Notes: generated by a model from the sequence alone, not told the origin. A stretch of 64,000 nt of DNA from an uncultured Clostridia bacterium (GCA_900019385.1 FIZJ01000011.1:96603-160602), one strand, 5' to 3'; numbered from the stretch's first letter, positions 29,289 through 45,898 are shown. Made by a program: numbers and translations.

Positions 29289-30509
29289 TTGAAACGCGAT
29301 GTCATTGTGCTTAAACAAATACCAAAAGGCATAACCGCAGCCAAGGGGTTTCGGGCGGCGGGGCTGCACTGCGGCGTCAAGCGCACCAAAAAAGACATGG
29401 CGCTGGTGGTGTCGGAAATCCCGGGGAGCGCCGCGGGTGTCTTCACTCAAAACCGAGTCAAGGGCGCCCCAGTAATCGTCTGTCAGGAGCGGGTGAAAGG
29501 AGGCAGCCTCCAGGCGATTCTGGTCGTAAGCGGCAATGCCAATGCCTGCACCGGCAAAAAGGGGCTGGAGAACGCCTATGAGCTGACCCGGATGACAGCC
29601 CGAGGCCTCGGCATCCCAGAAGAGGTGGTGGCCGCGTCCTGCACCGGGGTGATCGGTGTGCAGCTGCCCATGGATGTCATCGCCTCCGGAATCCACCAGA
29701 TCGCCGCCGCTGTGTCGGAAGACGGTCATGATGATGCGGCGGAAGCGATCATGACCACAGACACCATCACCAAGCAGATTGCCTTCGAGGTGGAGATCGG
29801 CGGCTGCACGGTGAGAATCGGGGGGATGGCCAAGGGTTCGGGCATGATCCATCCCAATATGGCCACCATGCTGGCCTTTATCACTACGGACGCGGCGATC
29901 AGCCCGCCGGTGCTCCAGGTTGCCCTGTCAGCTGCCGTCGACAAATCATTCAACATGATTTCAGTCGACGGTGACACCAGCACCAACGACAGTGTCCTGG
30001 TGATCGCCAACGGCATGTCCGGCTGCCCCGAGATCACCCTGGACACGCCGGAATTCGAGGCTTTCAGCGCTGCCCTGGACGCAGTGTGCGTCGAGCTTGC
30101 CAAAATGATCGTCAGAGACGGCGAAGGCGCCTCCAAACTGATTGAGGTCAACGTCACCGGCGCCCGGACAGATCAAGATGCCGCAGTTGTGGCCAAGGCA
30201 ATCGCCGCGTCGAATCTGGTCAAAACAGCGGTGTTTGGCGAGGATGCGAACTGGGGGCGGATTGTCTGCGCCGCCGGCTACTCAGGCGCCGAGATCGATC
30301 CTGACTGCATCAGTGTGAAAATCGGCAGCATCAAGATGTGCGAGAACGGCGAGGCCCTGGCGTTTGATGAAGCGCTGGCCAAAGAGATCCTGAGAGAGCA
30401 GGATGTCGTGATCCAAGTGGACCTGCATCTCGGTGAAGGCAGGGCGCGGGTGTGGACCTGCGATTTGACATATGACTATGTAAAGATCAATGCCAGTTAC
30501 CGTTCGTGA
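29289..30509 (+). CDS. argJ: Bifunctional ornithine acetyltransferase
   Basis: SGNANACTG, MTTDT, KGSGMIHPNMATML, VDGDTSTND, DGEGA, NWGR. Confidence 0.96.
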   Translation: MKRDVIVLKQIPKGITAAKGFRAAGLHCGVKRTKKDMALVVSEIPGSAAGVFTQNRVKGAPVIVCQERVKGGSLQAILVVSGNANACTGKKGLENAYELTRMTARGLGIPEEVVAASCTGVIGVQLPMDVIASGIHQIAAAVSEDGHDDAAEAIMTTDTITKQIAFEVEIGGCTVRIGGMAKGSGMIHPNMATMLAFITTDAAISPPVLQVALSAAVDKSFNMISVDGDTSTNDSVLVIANGMSGCPEITLDTPEFEAFSAALDAVCVELAKMIVRDGEGASKLIEVNVTGARTDQDAAVVAKAIAASNLVKTAVFGEDANWGRIVCAAGYSGAEIDPDCISVKIGSIKMCENGEALAFDEALAKEILREQDVVIQVDLHLGEGRARVWTCDLTYDYVKINASYRS

Positions 30510-30560
30510 GGGCCCAAATAGAGCTCTGGCGGCAGAAGAAAGCGGCAGGATGGGAGATGA

Positions 30561-31481
30561 GTGAAGATGACGCGCATGGGTGAAGCCATGAATTCGGTGA
30601 TCGCTAAGGCAGAGGTCTTGGTGGAAGCTCTGCCGTACATGCGGACTTTTGTAGGGAAGACATTCGTGATCAAGTACGGCGGCAGCGCCATGGAGGATGA
30701 GGCGCTCAAGCGATCGATCTGCCTTGATCTTGTCCTCCTCAAGTACATCGGGATTCATCCGGTGATCGTCCACGGCGGTGGGCCGGAGATCACCCGGTTC
30801 ATGCAGAAACTCGGCAAGCAGCCGACATTTGTCAACGGGCTCAGGGTGACGGACGCAGAGACCATGGAGATCGCGCAGATGGTCCTCGCCGGCAAGGTGA
30901 ACAAAGAGATCGTGACGCTGCTGAACCAGCACGGCGGGAAAGCGGTAGGGCTTACTGGCAAAGACGGAGATATGATCATCGCCCGGAAGCGTCCGGCGGA
31001 AGTCTGTGTCGATCCCGGCACCGGTGAGCCCGTGACAGTGGATCTCGGCTATGTGGGTGACATCGACCGGGTGGAAACCTCGCTTGTGGCCACCCTCAGC
31101 AGCGAAGGGTACATCCCTGTGCTGGCTTCGATCGCGGTGGGCTACGACGGTGAGAGCTACAACATCAATGCGGACTATGTGGCCAGCGAAGTGGCCCAGG
31201 CCTTGAAGGCGGAAAAGTTAATCGTCCTTACCGATGTGGAGGGAATCCTCGAAGACCCGAAGCGCGAAGACTCGATCATCTCGTCCCTGACTGTGGAGAA
31301 AGCAAGGCAGATGGTTGCGTCCGGCCAGATCGACGGAGGGATGATTCCCAAGGTGGAAGCGTGCATCCGCGCTGTCGAGGGCGGCGTGACCAGGACCCAC
31401 ATCATTGACGGCAAGCTTCTACATTCGATGCTTCTGGAGATCTTCACCGACGAAGGCATCGGCACCATGGTGATCCCATAA
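30561..31481 (+). CDS. argB: Acetylglutamate kinase
   Basis: IKYGGSAM, VHGGG, GLRVTD, NINAD, GGMIPK; start uncertain. Confidence 0.95.
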   Translation: MKMTRMGEAMNSVIAKAEVLVEALPYMRTFVGKTFVIKYGGSAMEDEALKRSICLDLVLLKYIGIHPVIVHGGGPEITRFMQKLGKQPTFVNGLRVTDAETMEIAQMVLAGKVNKEIVTLLNQHGGKAVGLTGKDGDMIIARKRPAEVCVDPGTGEPVTVDLGYVGDIDRVETSLVATLSSEGYIPVLASIAVGYDGESYNINADYVASEVAQALKAEKLIVLTDVEGILEDPKREDSIISSLTVEKARQMVASGQIDGGMIPKVEACIRAVEGGVTRTHIIDGKLLHSMLLEIFTDEGIGTMVIP

Positions 31482-31516
31482 AGCCTTAAGGCTGCCGCAA
31501 GCAGGGAGGTTTACTT

Positions 31517-32716
31517 ATGCAAACCGGCGAGATTATCGCTATGACTGACAAATATGTGATGAACACCTACTCAAGGATTCCCATCGCTCCGGTGACGGGC
31601 GCGGGAGCGCGGCTGTACGATGCCGACGGGAAAGAATACCTGGATTTCACAGCCGGGATCGCTGTCAATTCCACCGGCCACTGCCATCCCAAGGTGGTGG
31701 AGGCGATCTGCCGGCAGGCTGCGGAACTGCTGCACGTTTCCAACCTTTACCACATCCAGCGGCAGGCGGAGCTTGCCCGGGTGCTGGCCGAGGCGTCCGG
31801 CCTCGACAAGGCCTTCTTCTGCAACAGCGGAGCGGAAGCCAACGAAGCGGCGATCAAACTCGCCCGGCGGTACTCTCGAGTAAGCGGGCGTTCTGAGGCA
31901 TATGAGATTATCACCGCCTCCGGTTCGTTTCACGGCCGGACGCTTGGAGCGCTGACCGCAACCGGGCAGGCCAAATACCACGAAGGGTTCGAGCCGCTTG
32001 TCCCCGGGTTCGCCTATGTGCCTTTCAACGATTTGGCAGCCCTCGAGGCGGCGGTGACTGAAAAGACTTGCGCTGTGATGCTGGAACTGATCCAAGGCGA
32101 GGGCGGCGTCCATCCCATCGATCCCGAATATCTGGCGGGACTGAGCCGCCTGTGTAAAGAGGCCGGGATCTTAATCATCATCGACGAAGTCCAAACAGGA
32201 ATCGGCCGGACGGGAACTCTGTTCGCCTTCCAACAGTATCCAGGCTTCAAACCGGATATTGTCACGCTGGCTAAAGGCTTGGCAAGCGGTGTTCCTATCG
32301 GCGCGGTCCTGGCGACGGCGGAGGCCGCCAAAGGCTTTGCCCCCGGCAAACACGCCTCTACTTTTGGCGGAAATCCCCTGGCCTGCGCAGCGGCTTTGGC
32401 AACCCTGGATGTGATCGTGAACGACGGGATTCTGTGCAATGTCCGGGAAGTCGGTGCATACATGCAGCAAAGGCTGGAGGAGCTGCAAGCGGCTTCAGGT
32501 TTGATCGCGGAGGTCCGCGGCTGTGGTTTGATGTTGGGGATTGAACTGAAGGAAGCCAAAGGAGCGGCTGTGGTGGGGGCCTGCCGTGATCGGGGGCTGC
32601 TGATCAACTGTGTAGGTGATAAGACCCTGCGGTTTGTGCCGCCGCTCATTATCCAGAAATCCGACGTGGACGAGGCAGTGCAGATTCTCGCCAGTGTCCT
32701 TTTGGAGGCGCTTTAG
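31517..32716 (+). CDS. argD: Acetylornithine aminotransferase
   Basis: NSGAEANEAAIK, FHGRT, IQGEGG, DEVQTG.GRTG, LAKGL. Confidence 0.95.
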   Translation: MQTGEIIAMTDKYVMNTYSRIPIAPVTGAGARLYDADGKEYLDFTAGIAVNSTGHCHPKVVEAICRQAAELLHVSNLYHIQRQAELARVLAEASGLDKAFFCNSGAEANEAAIKLARRYSRVSGRSEAYEIITASGSFHGRTLGALTATGQAKYHEGFEPLVPGFAYVPFNDLAALEAAVTEKTCAVMLELIQGEGGVHPIDPEYLAGLSRLCKEAGILIIIDEVQTGIGRTGTLFAFQQYPGFKPDIVTLAKGLASGVPIGAVLATAEAAKGFAPGKHASTFGGNPLACAAALATLDVIVNDGILCNVREVGAYMQQRLEELQAASGLIAEVRGCGLMLGIELKEAKGAAVVGACRDRGLLINCVGDKTLRFVPPLIIQKSDVDEAVQILASVLLEAL

Positions 32717-32730
32717 AGGGAGGCAAGTGT

Positions 32731-33828
32731 GTGAAAGCGTGGCTTGTGCTTGAGGATGGAACCGTCTATCAGGGAGATGCCTTGGGGGCGACAGGGATTA
32801 AATCCGGAGAGGTCGTTTTCACCACCGGAATGACCGGTTACCAAGAGACTTTGACTGATCCGACTTTTGTCGGTCAGATCGTTGTGATGACATATCCCCT
32901 GATCGGCAACTGTGGGACCAATGCCGACGATATGGAGGCAGGGAAGCCTTTTCTTCACGGCCTTGTGGTCCGGGAAGCAAGCAGATGGCCCAGCAATTGG
33001 CGGAGCCAGGAAGATTTGAACAGCATGCTCACCCGCTGCGGTGTCATCGGCATAGAAGGCATTGATACCCGCTCTCTTACCCGAAAGCTTCGTTCCCAAG
33101 GAACGCTGAAAGGTGTGATCTGCTCGCCGCCCGAGGGATCCAAGAATGTCCCAACCACGGCTGAACTCACTGCCATGGCCAGACAGTGCCCGCATGTGGA
33201 CCGAGCGAGCCTGATCAAGCAGGTGACCACTGCGCAGCCGTACCAGATCGGCTGCGGCAGCGTACGGGTAACCGTAATCGACTATGGAGTCAAACAGAGC
33301 ATCCTCAAATGCCTGGTGGATAAAGGCTGCCTCGTCACCGTCGTGCCCGCCACCGCTTCAGTGCAAGAAATCCTGGCAACAGAGCCCCACGGCATTCTTC
33401 TGTCCAACGGGCCCGGCGACCCGCGTGACGCCGGTTTCGCCGCAGATACGGTGAAGAAGCTCATTGGTCTTAAACCCCTTTTTGGCATCTGTCTGGGGCA
33501 CCAGCTGCTGAGCTTGGCTTTGGGAGCGGATGTTTTTAAGCTCAAGTTCGGCCACAGGGGCGGGAATCACCCGGTGAAAGATCTCAGGACTGGAAGAGTC
33601 CTCATCACATCACAAAACCACGGCTATGCGGTGGATGCCCAGTCGATCGATCCCCGCGCAGCCTATGTGACTCATGTCAGCCTGAATGACGGGACGGTTG
33701 AGGGGCTGCGGCACCGTTCGCTCCCGATCGCCTCAATCCAGTACCATCCTGAAGCGTCGCCGGGGCCTCATGACACAAGGTTTATCTTTGATGAGTTCAT
33801 GGCTGCCATTGTCCAGTCTGCGTCTTAG
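32731..33828 (+). CDS. carA: Carbamoyl-phosphate synthase small subunit
   Basis: GEVVFTTGMTGYQE, SNGPGDP, GICLGHQ, QNHG, QYHPE (intact triad). Confidence 0.96.
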   Translation: MKAWLVLEDGTVYQGDALGATGIKSGEVVFTTGMTGYQETLTDPTFVGQIVVMTYPLIGNCGTNADDMEAGKPFLHGLVVREASRWPSNWRSQEDLNSMLTRCGVIGIEGIDTRSLTRKLRSQGTLKGVICSPPEGSKNVPTTAELTAMARQCPHVDRASLIKQVTTAQPYQIGCGSVRVTVIDYGVKQSILKCLVDKGCLVTVVPATASVQEILATEPHGILLSNGPGDPRDAGFAADTVKKLIGLKPLFGICLGHQLLSLALGADVFKLKFGHRGGNHPVKDLRTGRVLITSQNHGYAVDAQSIDPRAAYVTHVSLNDGTVEGLRHRSLPIASIQYHPEASPGPHDTRFIFDEFMAAIVQSAS

Positions 33829-33843
33829 GAGGAGTGACGAGCT

Positions 33844-36800
33844 TTGCCGCTGAAGCGTGGCATCAATACAGTGATGGTAATAGGATCCGGGCCGATCATT
33901 ATCGGTCAGGCAGCCGAGTTTGATTATGCCGGGACTCAGGCTTGCCGCGCATTGCGAGAGGAAGGGATCAAGGTAGTCTTGGTGAACAGCAATCCGGCGA
34001 CCATTATGACTGATCCCAACCTGGCCGACCGAGTGTATCTTGAGCCGCTGACTGCGGAGATTGTGGCCCGGATCATCGAACGGGAGAGGCCAGACGGCCT
34101 GCTGCCCACCCTCGGCGGCCAGACAGGGTTGAACCTTGCCGTTGAGCTGGCTGAAGCGGGAATACTGGATCAGTACGGAGTGACGCTTCTGGGCACTCCG
34201 CTGGAAGCGATCCGCAAGGCCGAGGACCGGGAACTGTTTAGGGCAACCATGCAGGAGATCGGCGAGCCAGTCCCAGAGAGCACAATTGCCCACAACCTGC
34301 AGGAGGCTCTGCAGTTTGCCCGCGCTATCGGATATCCGGTGATTGTGCGGCCGGCCTACACCCTCGGCGGGACAGGAGGAGGCATTGCCGAAAACGAGGA
34401 ACAGCTGGTGGATATCGCGATCCGGGGTTTGAAAAACAGCCGCATCCATCAGATTCTGCTGGAACGGAGTGTGGCAGGCTGGAAAGAGATCGAATATGAA
34501 GTGATGCGGGATGGGGCCGGTAACTGTATCTCAATCTGCAGCATGGAAAACATGGATCCGATCGGTATCCATACCGGTGACAGCATCGTGGTGGCTCCGA
34601 CCCAGACCTTGACGGACAAGGAACACCAACTGCTGCGGGGCGCCGCTTTCAAGATCATCAAAGCTTTGGGCATCGAGGGCGGCTGCAATGTTCAATTCGC
34701 CCTGAACCCCAACAGCCTCGATTACTATGTGATAGAAGTCAATCCGCGTGTGAGCCGGAGCAGCGCGCTGGCGTCCAAGGCCACGGGGTACCCGATTGCT
34801 CGAGTGGCGGCGAAGATTGCCGTCGGCATGCACTTGGATGAAATCGTCAATTCGGTGACCGGAGAGACGCTGGCCTGCTTAGAACCGGCACTCGACTATG
34901 TAGTGACCAAAATACCGCGCTGGCCGTTCGACAAGTTCAACTCCGCCGATCGGGCGCTTGGCACTCAGATGAAGGCCACCGGCGAGGTCATGGCTATTGA
35001 CCGTACATTCGAAGGCAGCCTCCTGAAGGCGGTGCGGTCGCTGGAGACCGGTATTGACTGCCTTACCCTCAAAGGGATCGAAACATGGTCAGACGCGCAG
35101 CTGATGTCCAGGCTGCGCAAGGCGGATGATCAGCGGCTTTTCTGCATTGCGGAATGTCTGCGCCGGGGATACTCCGCGGCTGACGTAGCCAGAGAATCCC
35201 AGGTCGACCGCTGGTTCATTCAGCGGATCCAGAGCATTGTCGAGCTGGAGGCGGCTTTGGCGGAGCGGTTCAGGCAAAGGCCTTTACAGCTGCCTCTGGA
35301 TGCGGAAACCATGGAATTGGTCCGCCTGGCCAAGGCCAAAGGGATTGCCGATGCCCACATCGCCCGCATGGCCGGCCTTTCTGAGCTTGAGTTCCGTTCG
35401 CTCAGAAAGAAGATAGCCGCGCCGGTGTACAAGACAGTTGACACTTGCGCCGCGGAGTTCGAGGCATCGACACCGTATTTCTACTCTACTTATGAATACG
35501 AGGACGAAGTGACGGCCTCACAGCGAAAAAAGGCTCTGGTATTGGGGTCCGGGCCAATCCGCATCGGCCAAGGCATCGAATTCGACTACTGCAGCGTCCA
35601 TGCCGTCTGGGGCCTGAAGGAAGCGGGTGTGGAGGCGGTGATCATCAACAACAACCCGGAAACGGTGAGCACCGATTTTGACACTGCCGACCGTCTTTAT
35701 TTCGAACCGCTGTCTCTGGAGGATGTCCTAAATGTGGTGGAAAAAGAGCAGCCCGAGGGGGTTATCGTCCAATTCGGCGGGCAGACCGCCATCAACCTGG
35801 CAGAGCCCCTCAAGGCAGCCGGGGTCAGAATCCTGGGCACTGCCGTCGAAAGCATCGATCTCGCCGAAGACCGGGAGCTCTTCTCCGAACTGCTGCGCTC
35901 CATCGGCATCCCCCAGGCGGAGGGCAGGACAGCGACAAACATCAATCAAGCCATAGGCATTGCCCAGAAGATTGGTTTTCCTGTGCTGGTGCGGCCTTCA
36001 TACGTACTCGGCGGCAGAGCGATGGAGATCGTCCACGACACAGAAGAATTGTACCGCTATATGCGGTACGCAGCTGAAGTGTCGCCCAACCACCCGATTC
36101 TGATCGACCGTTATTTAAGCGGCAAAGAGATAGAAGTCGACGCCATCTCCGATGGAGAGGACGTGTTCATACCCGGAATAATGGAGCACATCGAGCGGGC
36201 GGGAGTTCATTCAGGCGACAGCATGGCGGTGTTTCCTCCATATACCCTCTCGGAGCGGGAAGTGGAAACAGTGGTGTCTCACACCGTCAAAATAGCCCGG
36301 GCGCTCAAGGTAAAAGGCCTACTGAACATCCAGTATGTGCTGCACGAAGGTAAACTCTACTGCCTGGAAGTCAACCCCCGGGCCAGCAGGACAGTCCCGA
36401 TTCTGAGCAAAGTGACCGGAGTGCCAATGGTCCGCTGTGCGGTCAAAATCATGCTGGGAGCGAGCTTGAAGGAACTGGGATACGGCACTGGTTTACTGGC
36501 TCCACCGGACTATGTCACGATCAAGGCGCCGGTGTTTTCCTTTGAGAAGCTCGGCCTCGTGGATACGTCTCTAGGGCCGGAGATGAAGTCCACCGGAGAA
36601 GTCTTAGGGATCGGATCCACATATGAAGAGGCGCTGTACAAAGTGATTCTGGCTGCCGGCATGCGCCTGCCGCGCGGGGGAAGAGCACTGATTTCCGTGG
36701 CGGACAAGGACAAGGAAGAGGCCATATCTCTGGCTTCAGACTTGGCCCAACTGGGATTCGAGCTGATGGGCACCCATGATACAGCTCATTTTGTCGGAGA

Positions 36801-37110
36801 GGCGGGAATCCCGATCACAGAGGTCTACAATCCGGGAGAAGGTGTGCCTAATGTGATCGACTTGATCCGCCAGGGTGAGGTCAGCTTGATCGTCAACACC
36901 CCTACCAGAGGCCGAAGTTCGGGAACGAACGGCTTTCTGATCAGACGGGCTGCCGTCGACTACCAAGTGCCGTGCCTGACATCCCTGGACACAGCCCGGG
37001 CAGTGATCTCGGTGATGACAGCCTGGCGGGAAGGATACCCGGCGGCGTGTTCACTCAACGAGTATATTGACAACTTCAACAGATTGAAGGGAATGATCGG
37101 ATCATGCTGA
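33844..37110 (+). CDS. carB: Carbamoyl-phosphate synthase large subunit
   Basis: [15 protein letters not shown], two ATP-grasp halves (EVNPR twice), MGS domain. Confidence 0.98.
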   Translation: MPLKRGINTVMVIGSGPIIIGQAAEFDYAGTQACRALREEGIKVVLVNSNPATIMTDPNLADRVYLEPLTAEIVARIIERERPDGLLPTLGGQTGLNLAVELAEAGILDQYGVTLLGTPLEAIRKAEDRELFRATMQEIGEPVPESTIAHNLQEALQFARAIGYPVIVRPAYTLGGTGGGIAENEEQLVDIAIRGLKNSRIHQILLERSVAGWKEIEYEVMRDGAGNCISICSMENMDPIGIHTGDSIVVAPTQTLTDKEHQLLRGAAFKIIKALGIEGGCNVQFALNPNSLDYYVIEVNPRVSRSSALASKATGYPIARVAAKIAVGMHLDEIVNSVTGETLACLEPALDYVVTKIPRWPFDKFNSADRALGTQMKATGEVMAIDRTFEGSLLKAVRSLETGIDCLTLKGIETWSDAQLMSRLRKADDQRLFCIAECLRRGYSAADVARESQVDRWFIQRIQSIVELEAALAERFRQRPLQLPLDAETMELVRLAKAKGIADAHIARMAGLSELEFRSLRKKIAAPVYKTVDTCAAEFEASTPYFYSTYEYEDEVTASQRKKALVLGSGPIRIGQGIEFDYCSVHAVWGLKEAGVEAVIINNNPETVSTDFDTADRLYFEPLSLEDVLNVVEKEQPEGVIVQFGGQTAINLAEPLKAAGVRILGTAVESIDLAEDRELFSELLRSIGIPQAEGRTATNINQAIGIAQKIGFPVLVRPSYVLGGRAMEIVHDTEELYRYMRYAAEVSPNHPILIDRYLSGKEIEVDAISDGEDVFIPGIMEHIERAGVHSGDSMAVFPPYTLSEREVETVVSHTVKIARALKVKGLLNIQYVLHEGKLYCLEVNPRASRTVPILSKVTGVPMVRCAVKIMLGASLKELGYGTGLLAPPDYVTIKAPVFSFEKLGLVDTSLGPEMKSTGEVLGIGSTYEEALYKVILAAGMRLPRGGRALISVADKDKEEAISLASDLAQLGFELMGTHDTAHFVGEAGIPITEVYNPGEGVPNVIDLIRQGEVSLIVNTPTRGRSSGTNGFLIRRAAVDYQVPCLTSLDTARAVISVMTAWREGYPAACSLNEYIDNFNRLKGMIGSC

Positions 37111-38072
37111 AAAACAGCCATTTGCTCGCAGATAAACTCGCTTTGGGAATGCGAGGCCGGGATCTCCTCTGTGTGCGGGATTTGTCTGTGGATGAGATCT
37201 ACAGGATCTTTGACCTGGCGGCGGCTTTGAAATCCGAACTGCGCCAAGGCGTTGGCCATCCGCTGCTTGCCGACAAAAGCCTGGGAATGATCTTTAGAAA
37301 GTCGTCCACCCGCACCAGAGTCTCCTTCGAAGTGGGGATCTGGCAGCTGGGAGGGCACGGCTTGTATTTAAACACCGACGACATCCAGCTCGGCAGGGGC
37401 GAGAGCATCAAAGACACTGCCGAGGTCTTGTCCAGGTACCTGGATGGCATCATGATCCGCACCTACGGGCACGAAGAGGTGATCGAACTGGCCCAGTACG
37501 CCAGTGTGCCTGTGATCAACGGGCTCACCGATCTGTTCCATCCGTGCCAGGTTCTGGCGGATATGTTCACGGCCTATGAAAAGAAAGGAATACTGACAGG
37601 GTTGAAACTGGCGTTCATCGGCGACGGCAACAATGTGGCCAACTCACTTCTGTGCGTCTGCGCCAAGTTGGGAGTGCACATGAGCCTGGCCTGTCCGAAA
37701 GGCTATGAACCTCCGCAGGTGGTGGTCGAGATGGCTGCCGCCGACGCCGCCGGCACCGGCGCCAGGCTGGAGATTGTCCGCGAACCCCTGGAGGCGGCCG
37801 CAGGGGCGGATATTGTTTACACAGACGTCTGGGCCAGCATGGGGCAGGAACAGGAGAAGGCTGAGCGGGAGAAGCATTTTGCCCAGTACCAGGTTAACAG
37901 CAGGCTGATGGCGGCCGCGAAGCCCGACGCCGTTGTCATGCACTGCCTGCCCGCCCACCGGGGTGAGGAGATCACGGACGAGGTGATCGACGGCAAAAAC
38001 TCGGTGGTATATGACGAGGCTGAAAACAGGCTCCATGTCCAAAAGGCCATCATGGCTCTTCTAATGGCGTGA
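37104..38072 (+). CDS. argF: Ornithine carbamoyltransferase
   Basis: [26 protein letters not shown]. Confidence 0.97.
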   Translation: MLKNSHLLADKLALGMRGRDLLCVRDLSVDEIYRIFDLAAALKSELRQGVGHPLLADKSLGMIFRKSSTRTRVSFEVGIWQLGGHGLYLNTDDIQLGRGESIKDTAEVLSRYLDGIMIRTYGHEEVIELAQYASVPVINGLTDLFHPCQVLADMFTAYEKKGILTGLKLAFIGDGNNVANSLLCVCAKLGVHMSLACPKGYEPPQVVVEMAAADAAGTGARLEIVREPLEAAAGADIVYTDVWASMGQEQEKAEREKHFAQYQVNSRLMAAAKPDAVVMHCLPAHRGEEITDEVIDGKNSVVYDEAENRLHVQKAIMALLMA

Positions 38073-38116
38073 TTGCGTTCAGTGTTTCCTTTTTCCCCTG
38101 CTTTTGATACAATTGA

Positions 38117-40234
<2,118 letters not shown>

Positions 40235-40255
40235 GGTAACTAGATATGCAAAAGG

Positions 40256-41077
40256 ATGGGTGATGATGGTATGGACAACGTCCTGTTCTATTTTGCCGGT
40301 ATGCCTGTGTATGTTTATGGGTTCCTTGTCAGCCTGGGGCTTTTGTTCGGCGCGGTGTCAGCCTTGAGTGCCGGCCGGCGAAAGGGATTCGGCTGGTGCA
40401 AGATGTTCGATTTCATCTTGGGAACGGCAATCGTGTTCCTCGTGGCCGGACGCTTGGCGGTCCTGCTTCAGGAGTATGGGGCAGCGGTTTTGACTAAGCC
40501 CTGGAAGATCATCACCGAAATCTCGGACGGTGTCGATTTAAGGATCGGCCTCATCTTCGCAGTGCTTTATGGTTTAATCTCGGCGAAACGAAATGGTATC
40601 CTCGGTGTCGAACTGCTGGACGCCATCACACCGGGCATTCTTTGGATCAGGATCTTTTCGTCCCTCGGTTCCCAGGTGTTCGGCAAGAGCACCAACCTGC
40701 CCTGGGCGGTGCAGTTGGGCGAGTTCAGGCTGCATCCACTGCCCTTGTATTCGGCAGTGGGGTATTACCTGATCCGGTTTGTGGTCAAACAGATCCGCTG
40801 GGCACAGCGGTTCGACGGGCAGGTCTTCATCGCCACAGTGACATTGGCGGTATGGCTGCAGTGGCTGTTGTTGTTTGTTTCGGAGGGAAGCAAGGCCTTC
40901 GCTTTCTGGCTGTATCCGATCATAGGTTTGATTGCCGGAGCTGTCTGGAGTTTCGGGCATGTCAACTCCCCGCCTCGAACAAAGAAGACCGGCGCGGCTT
41001 ATTGGGTGGTGCAGTCTATAATACTAGTGATTGTGGTGTGCGCTATGGCCTGGTTCTTCTACTCCCGTTTTGAGTAA
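40256..41077 (+). CDS. Lgt-like membrane protein lacking canonical catalytic motifs
   Basis: YVYGFL, AGRL, LLDAITPG, FGKSTNLPWAV, RLHPLPLY match the Lgt scaffold; multiple TM segments. Confidence 0.7.
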   Translation: MGDDGMDNVLFYFAGMPVYVYGFLVSLGLLFGAVSALSAGRRKGFGWCKMFDFILGTAIVFLVAGRLAVLLQEYGAAVLTKPWKIITEISDGVDLRIGLIFAVLYGLISAKRNGILGVELLDAITPGILWIRIFSSLGSQVFGKSTNLPWAVQLGEFRLHPLPLYSAVGYYLIRFVVKQIRWAQRFDGQVFIATVTLAVWLQWLLLFVSEGSKAFAFWLYPIIGLIAGAVWSFGHVNSPPRTKKTGAAYWVVQSIILVIVVCAMAWFFYSRFE

Positions 41078-41088
41078 AGAGGTGGATC

Positions 41089-41544
41089 ATGGATAAGCAG
41101 CAGAGTTTCACCGAGATTCAAGAGCAGTTGGAGGCCAATGACCTGCGGTTGACACCGCAGCGGGCGGCCGTGATCAAGGTGCTGCTGGATCATACCGACA
41201 CACATCTGCGCACCGAGGAGATTTTTCTCTTGGCTAAAGAATTCGCCCCTGACATCGGCCTGGCCACTGTGTACCGGACTTTGGAGGTTTTAGAGAAGCT
41301 GAATATCATCAACCGTTTCGACTACGGAGACGGCCAGAGCCGCTATGAAATGGGGCGGGATACAGAGGAGCATTACCACCACCATCTGATCTGTCTCGGG
41401 TGCGGCGAAGTCAGCGAATTTAAGGATGATCTCCTGGAAAAGCTGGAAGAGAAAATAGCGGCCAAGTGCCAGTTCAAGATTGTGGACCACAGTCTGCGGT
41501 TTTTTGGGTACTGTAAGCAGTGTCAAGATAAGGACTGTGATTAG
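41089..41544 (+). CDS. fur: Fur-family transcriptional regulator
   Basis: LTPQR, IGLATVYRTL, HHHLICLGCG, C-terminal CKQC. Confidence 0.85.
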   Translation: MDKQQSFTEIQEQLEANDLRLTPQRAAVIKVLLDHTDTHLRTEEIFLLAKEFAPDIGLATVYRTLEVLEKLNIINRFDYGDGQSRYEMGRDTEEHYHHHLICLGCGEVSEFKDDLLEKLEEKIAAKCQFKIVDHSLRFFGYCKQCQDKDCD

Positions 41545-41605
41545 CAATAGAATAAGCAGAGGTGTGGAACAAAGGCGCTTTTCATGGACAGCTCACCCCA
41601 GCCAG

Positions 41606-41634
41606 TTGACAACACATATATTCTGGAGTATCAT
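41606..41634 (+). promoter_or_regulatory. SigA promoter of valS
   Basis: TTGACA-17-TATCAT. Confidence 0.7.
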
Positions 41635-41649
41635 AAAAGCAATCTCAAG

Positions 41650-41908
41650 CAAAGGCAATGACCGGGAGGAGTAGCCGCGCACCGCTTTTCAGAGAGGGGA
41701 ACACCTGGTGCAAGTTTCCCAAGCAAGGGCCGGTGAAGGTCGCCCGGGAGCTGTTGGGGTGAAGGTGGGGTGTCCTGCGAGTAGTCCCAGCCGTCCGGTG
41801 CGTTAAGCCGATCGAGAGCTCGACAGCAAGTCTCTCCCTGCTGTTTGAGAATAAAGGTGGTACCGCGGAAGTCTTTTCGTCCTTTAGGCGAAAAGGCTTT
41901 ATTTTTTT
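41650..41908 (+). ncRNA. T-box riboswitch (Val)
   Basis: AGTA, AGAGA, GGTGCAA, GAA-G-GTC specifier (41739-41741), T-box AAAGGTGGTACCGCG (41853-41867), antiterminator CGTCCTTT, terminator with U-tract. Confidence 0.93.
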
Positions 41909-41923
41909 GGAGGAGTGAAAACG

Positions 41924-44567
<2,644 letters not shown>

Positions 44568-44575
<8 letters not shown>

Positions 44576-45857
44576 CCAACCTTTCGGAGAACGGCAGCGG
44601 TTTACAATCCACACTGGGCTTCAGAGGATTGCCGAGCTTTGTGCAAGGCTCGGCAATCCTCAGCGCCAGTTTCGGTCCATCCACATTGCCGGGACCAACG
44701 GAAAAGGCTCGACTGCAGCCCTGATCGCCGGCGCGCTCCAGGCCCAGGGATGGAAAGTGGGGCTGTTCACTTCACCCCATTTGATTGATTACCGTGAACG
44801 CTTTCGCATCAATGGGCGGAAGATCTCCCCGGAAGACCTTGCCCGCATCAGTGCTGTGGTCAAAACACAGATAGACCTGATCGAAGAAACTCATTCCGAA
44901 TATGGGCCTTTCACTCAGTTCGAAGCTGCCGCCGCTCTCGGTTTTTGCTATTTTGCCCAGGAACGAGTGGATTATGGGGTGATCGAGGTTGGCCTTGGCG
45001 GGCGTCTTGACGCCACCAACATCCTGGTGCCGGAAATCTGTGTCATCACACCCATCGGCCACGACCACCTGGAACGCCTGGGGCCGAGCCTGATCGATGT
45101 CGCCCGCGAAAAAGCGGGGATTATCAAAACGGATGTGCCGGTGGCCGCTTCAGTGCAGCTTCCAGAGGTGGAACAAGTGCTGCGGGCTGCCGCCGCTGAA
45201 CTTAAGGCGCCGTATCACTCCCTCGCAGATGTTTCGTGGCAGCCGCTGCGGTGGGATCTGGAAGGCGGCGAGCTGATATTCCCAGCTTTAGGCGGGGCTC
45301 CGTTCAAGATCCAGCTGATAGGCCGGCATCAACTGGCCAATGCCGCGACTGCTCTGCTTGCCCTGAAAGTGCTGCAGGACGGCGGACTCAAGCTGGATTT
45401 ACAGTTGGTTCACAGGGGTATGGCCGAGTGCCGGTGGCCGGGAAGGCTGGAAGTTGTCTCCAGGGAGCCCTTGGCTATCTTGGACGGCGCTCACAACCGG
45501 GAAGGGTTTCTAGCCTTGGCCCACACCCTGCGCAGTCTCACAGAAGAGCGGTTCACCTTTGTACTGGGCCTTTCAGCCAACAGGGAAGTGGAGATCATTG
45601 ATCCGCTGCTTCCTTTGGCCAGGCAGGTTTTTGCGGTGGAATCCCAGAACAGCAGGAATGGAGTGATACCGGCCGCTGAATTGACAGAATACGTCAGAAG
45701 CCGGGGAATCTTGGCGGAATGCGCCGAACTGGCGCAGGTTCCAGCGCTTCTTAAATCGTTCGGCCCGGTCTGTGTCTGTGGTTCTTTGTACCTGATTGGT
45801 GATGTGCAGGCACTAATTATGGGCGGAGACGAAGGAAATCGCCCGACAAAAGCCTAA
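44568..45857 (+). CDS. folC: Folylpolyglutamate synthase / dihydrofolate synthase
   Basis: HIAGTNGKGST, FTSPHL, EVGLGGRLDATN, REKAGI, WPGRLE, DGAHN, GSLYL. Confidence 0.95.
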
Positions 45858-45898
45858 ATATATCCATAGTCTTGCAAGCGGCAAGGAGGCAAGTAAAC

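Noticed and set aside
28215-38072. argG and argH missing from the arg operon
   Set aside because: They are commonly encoded separately in Firmicutes
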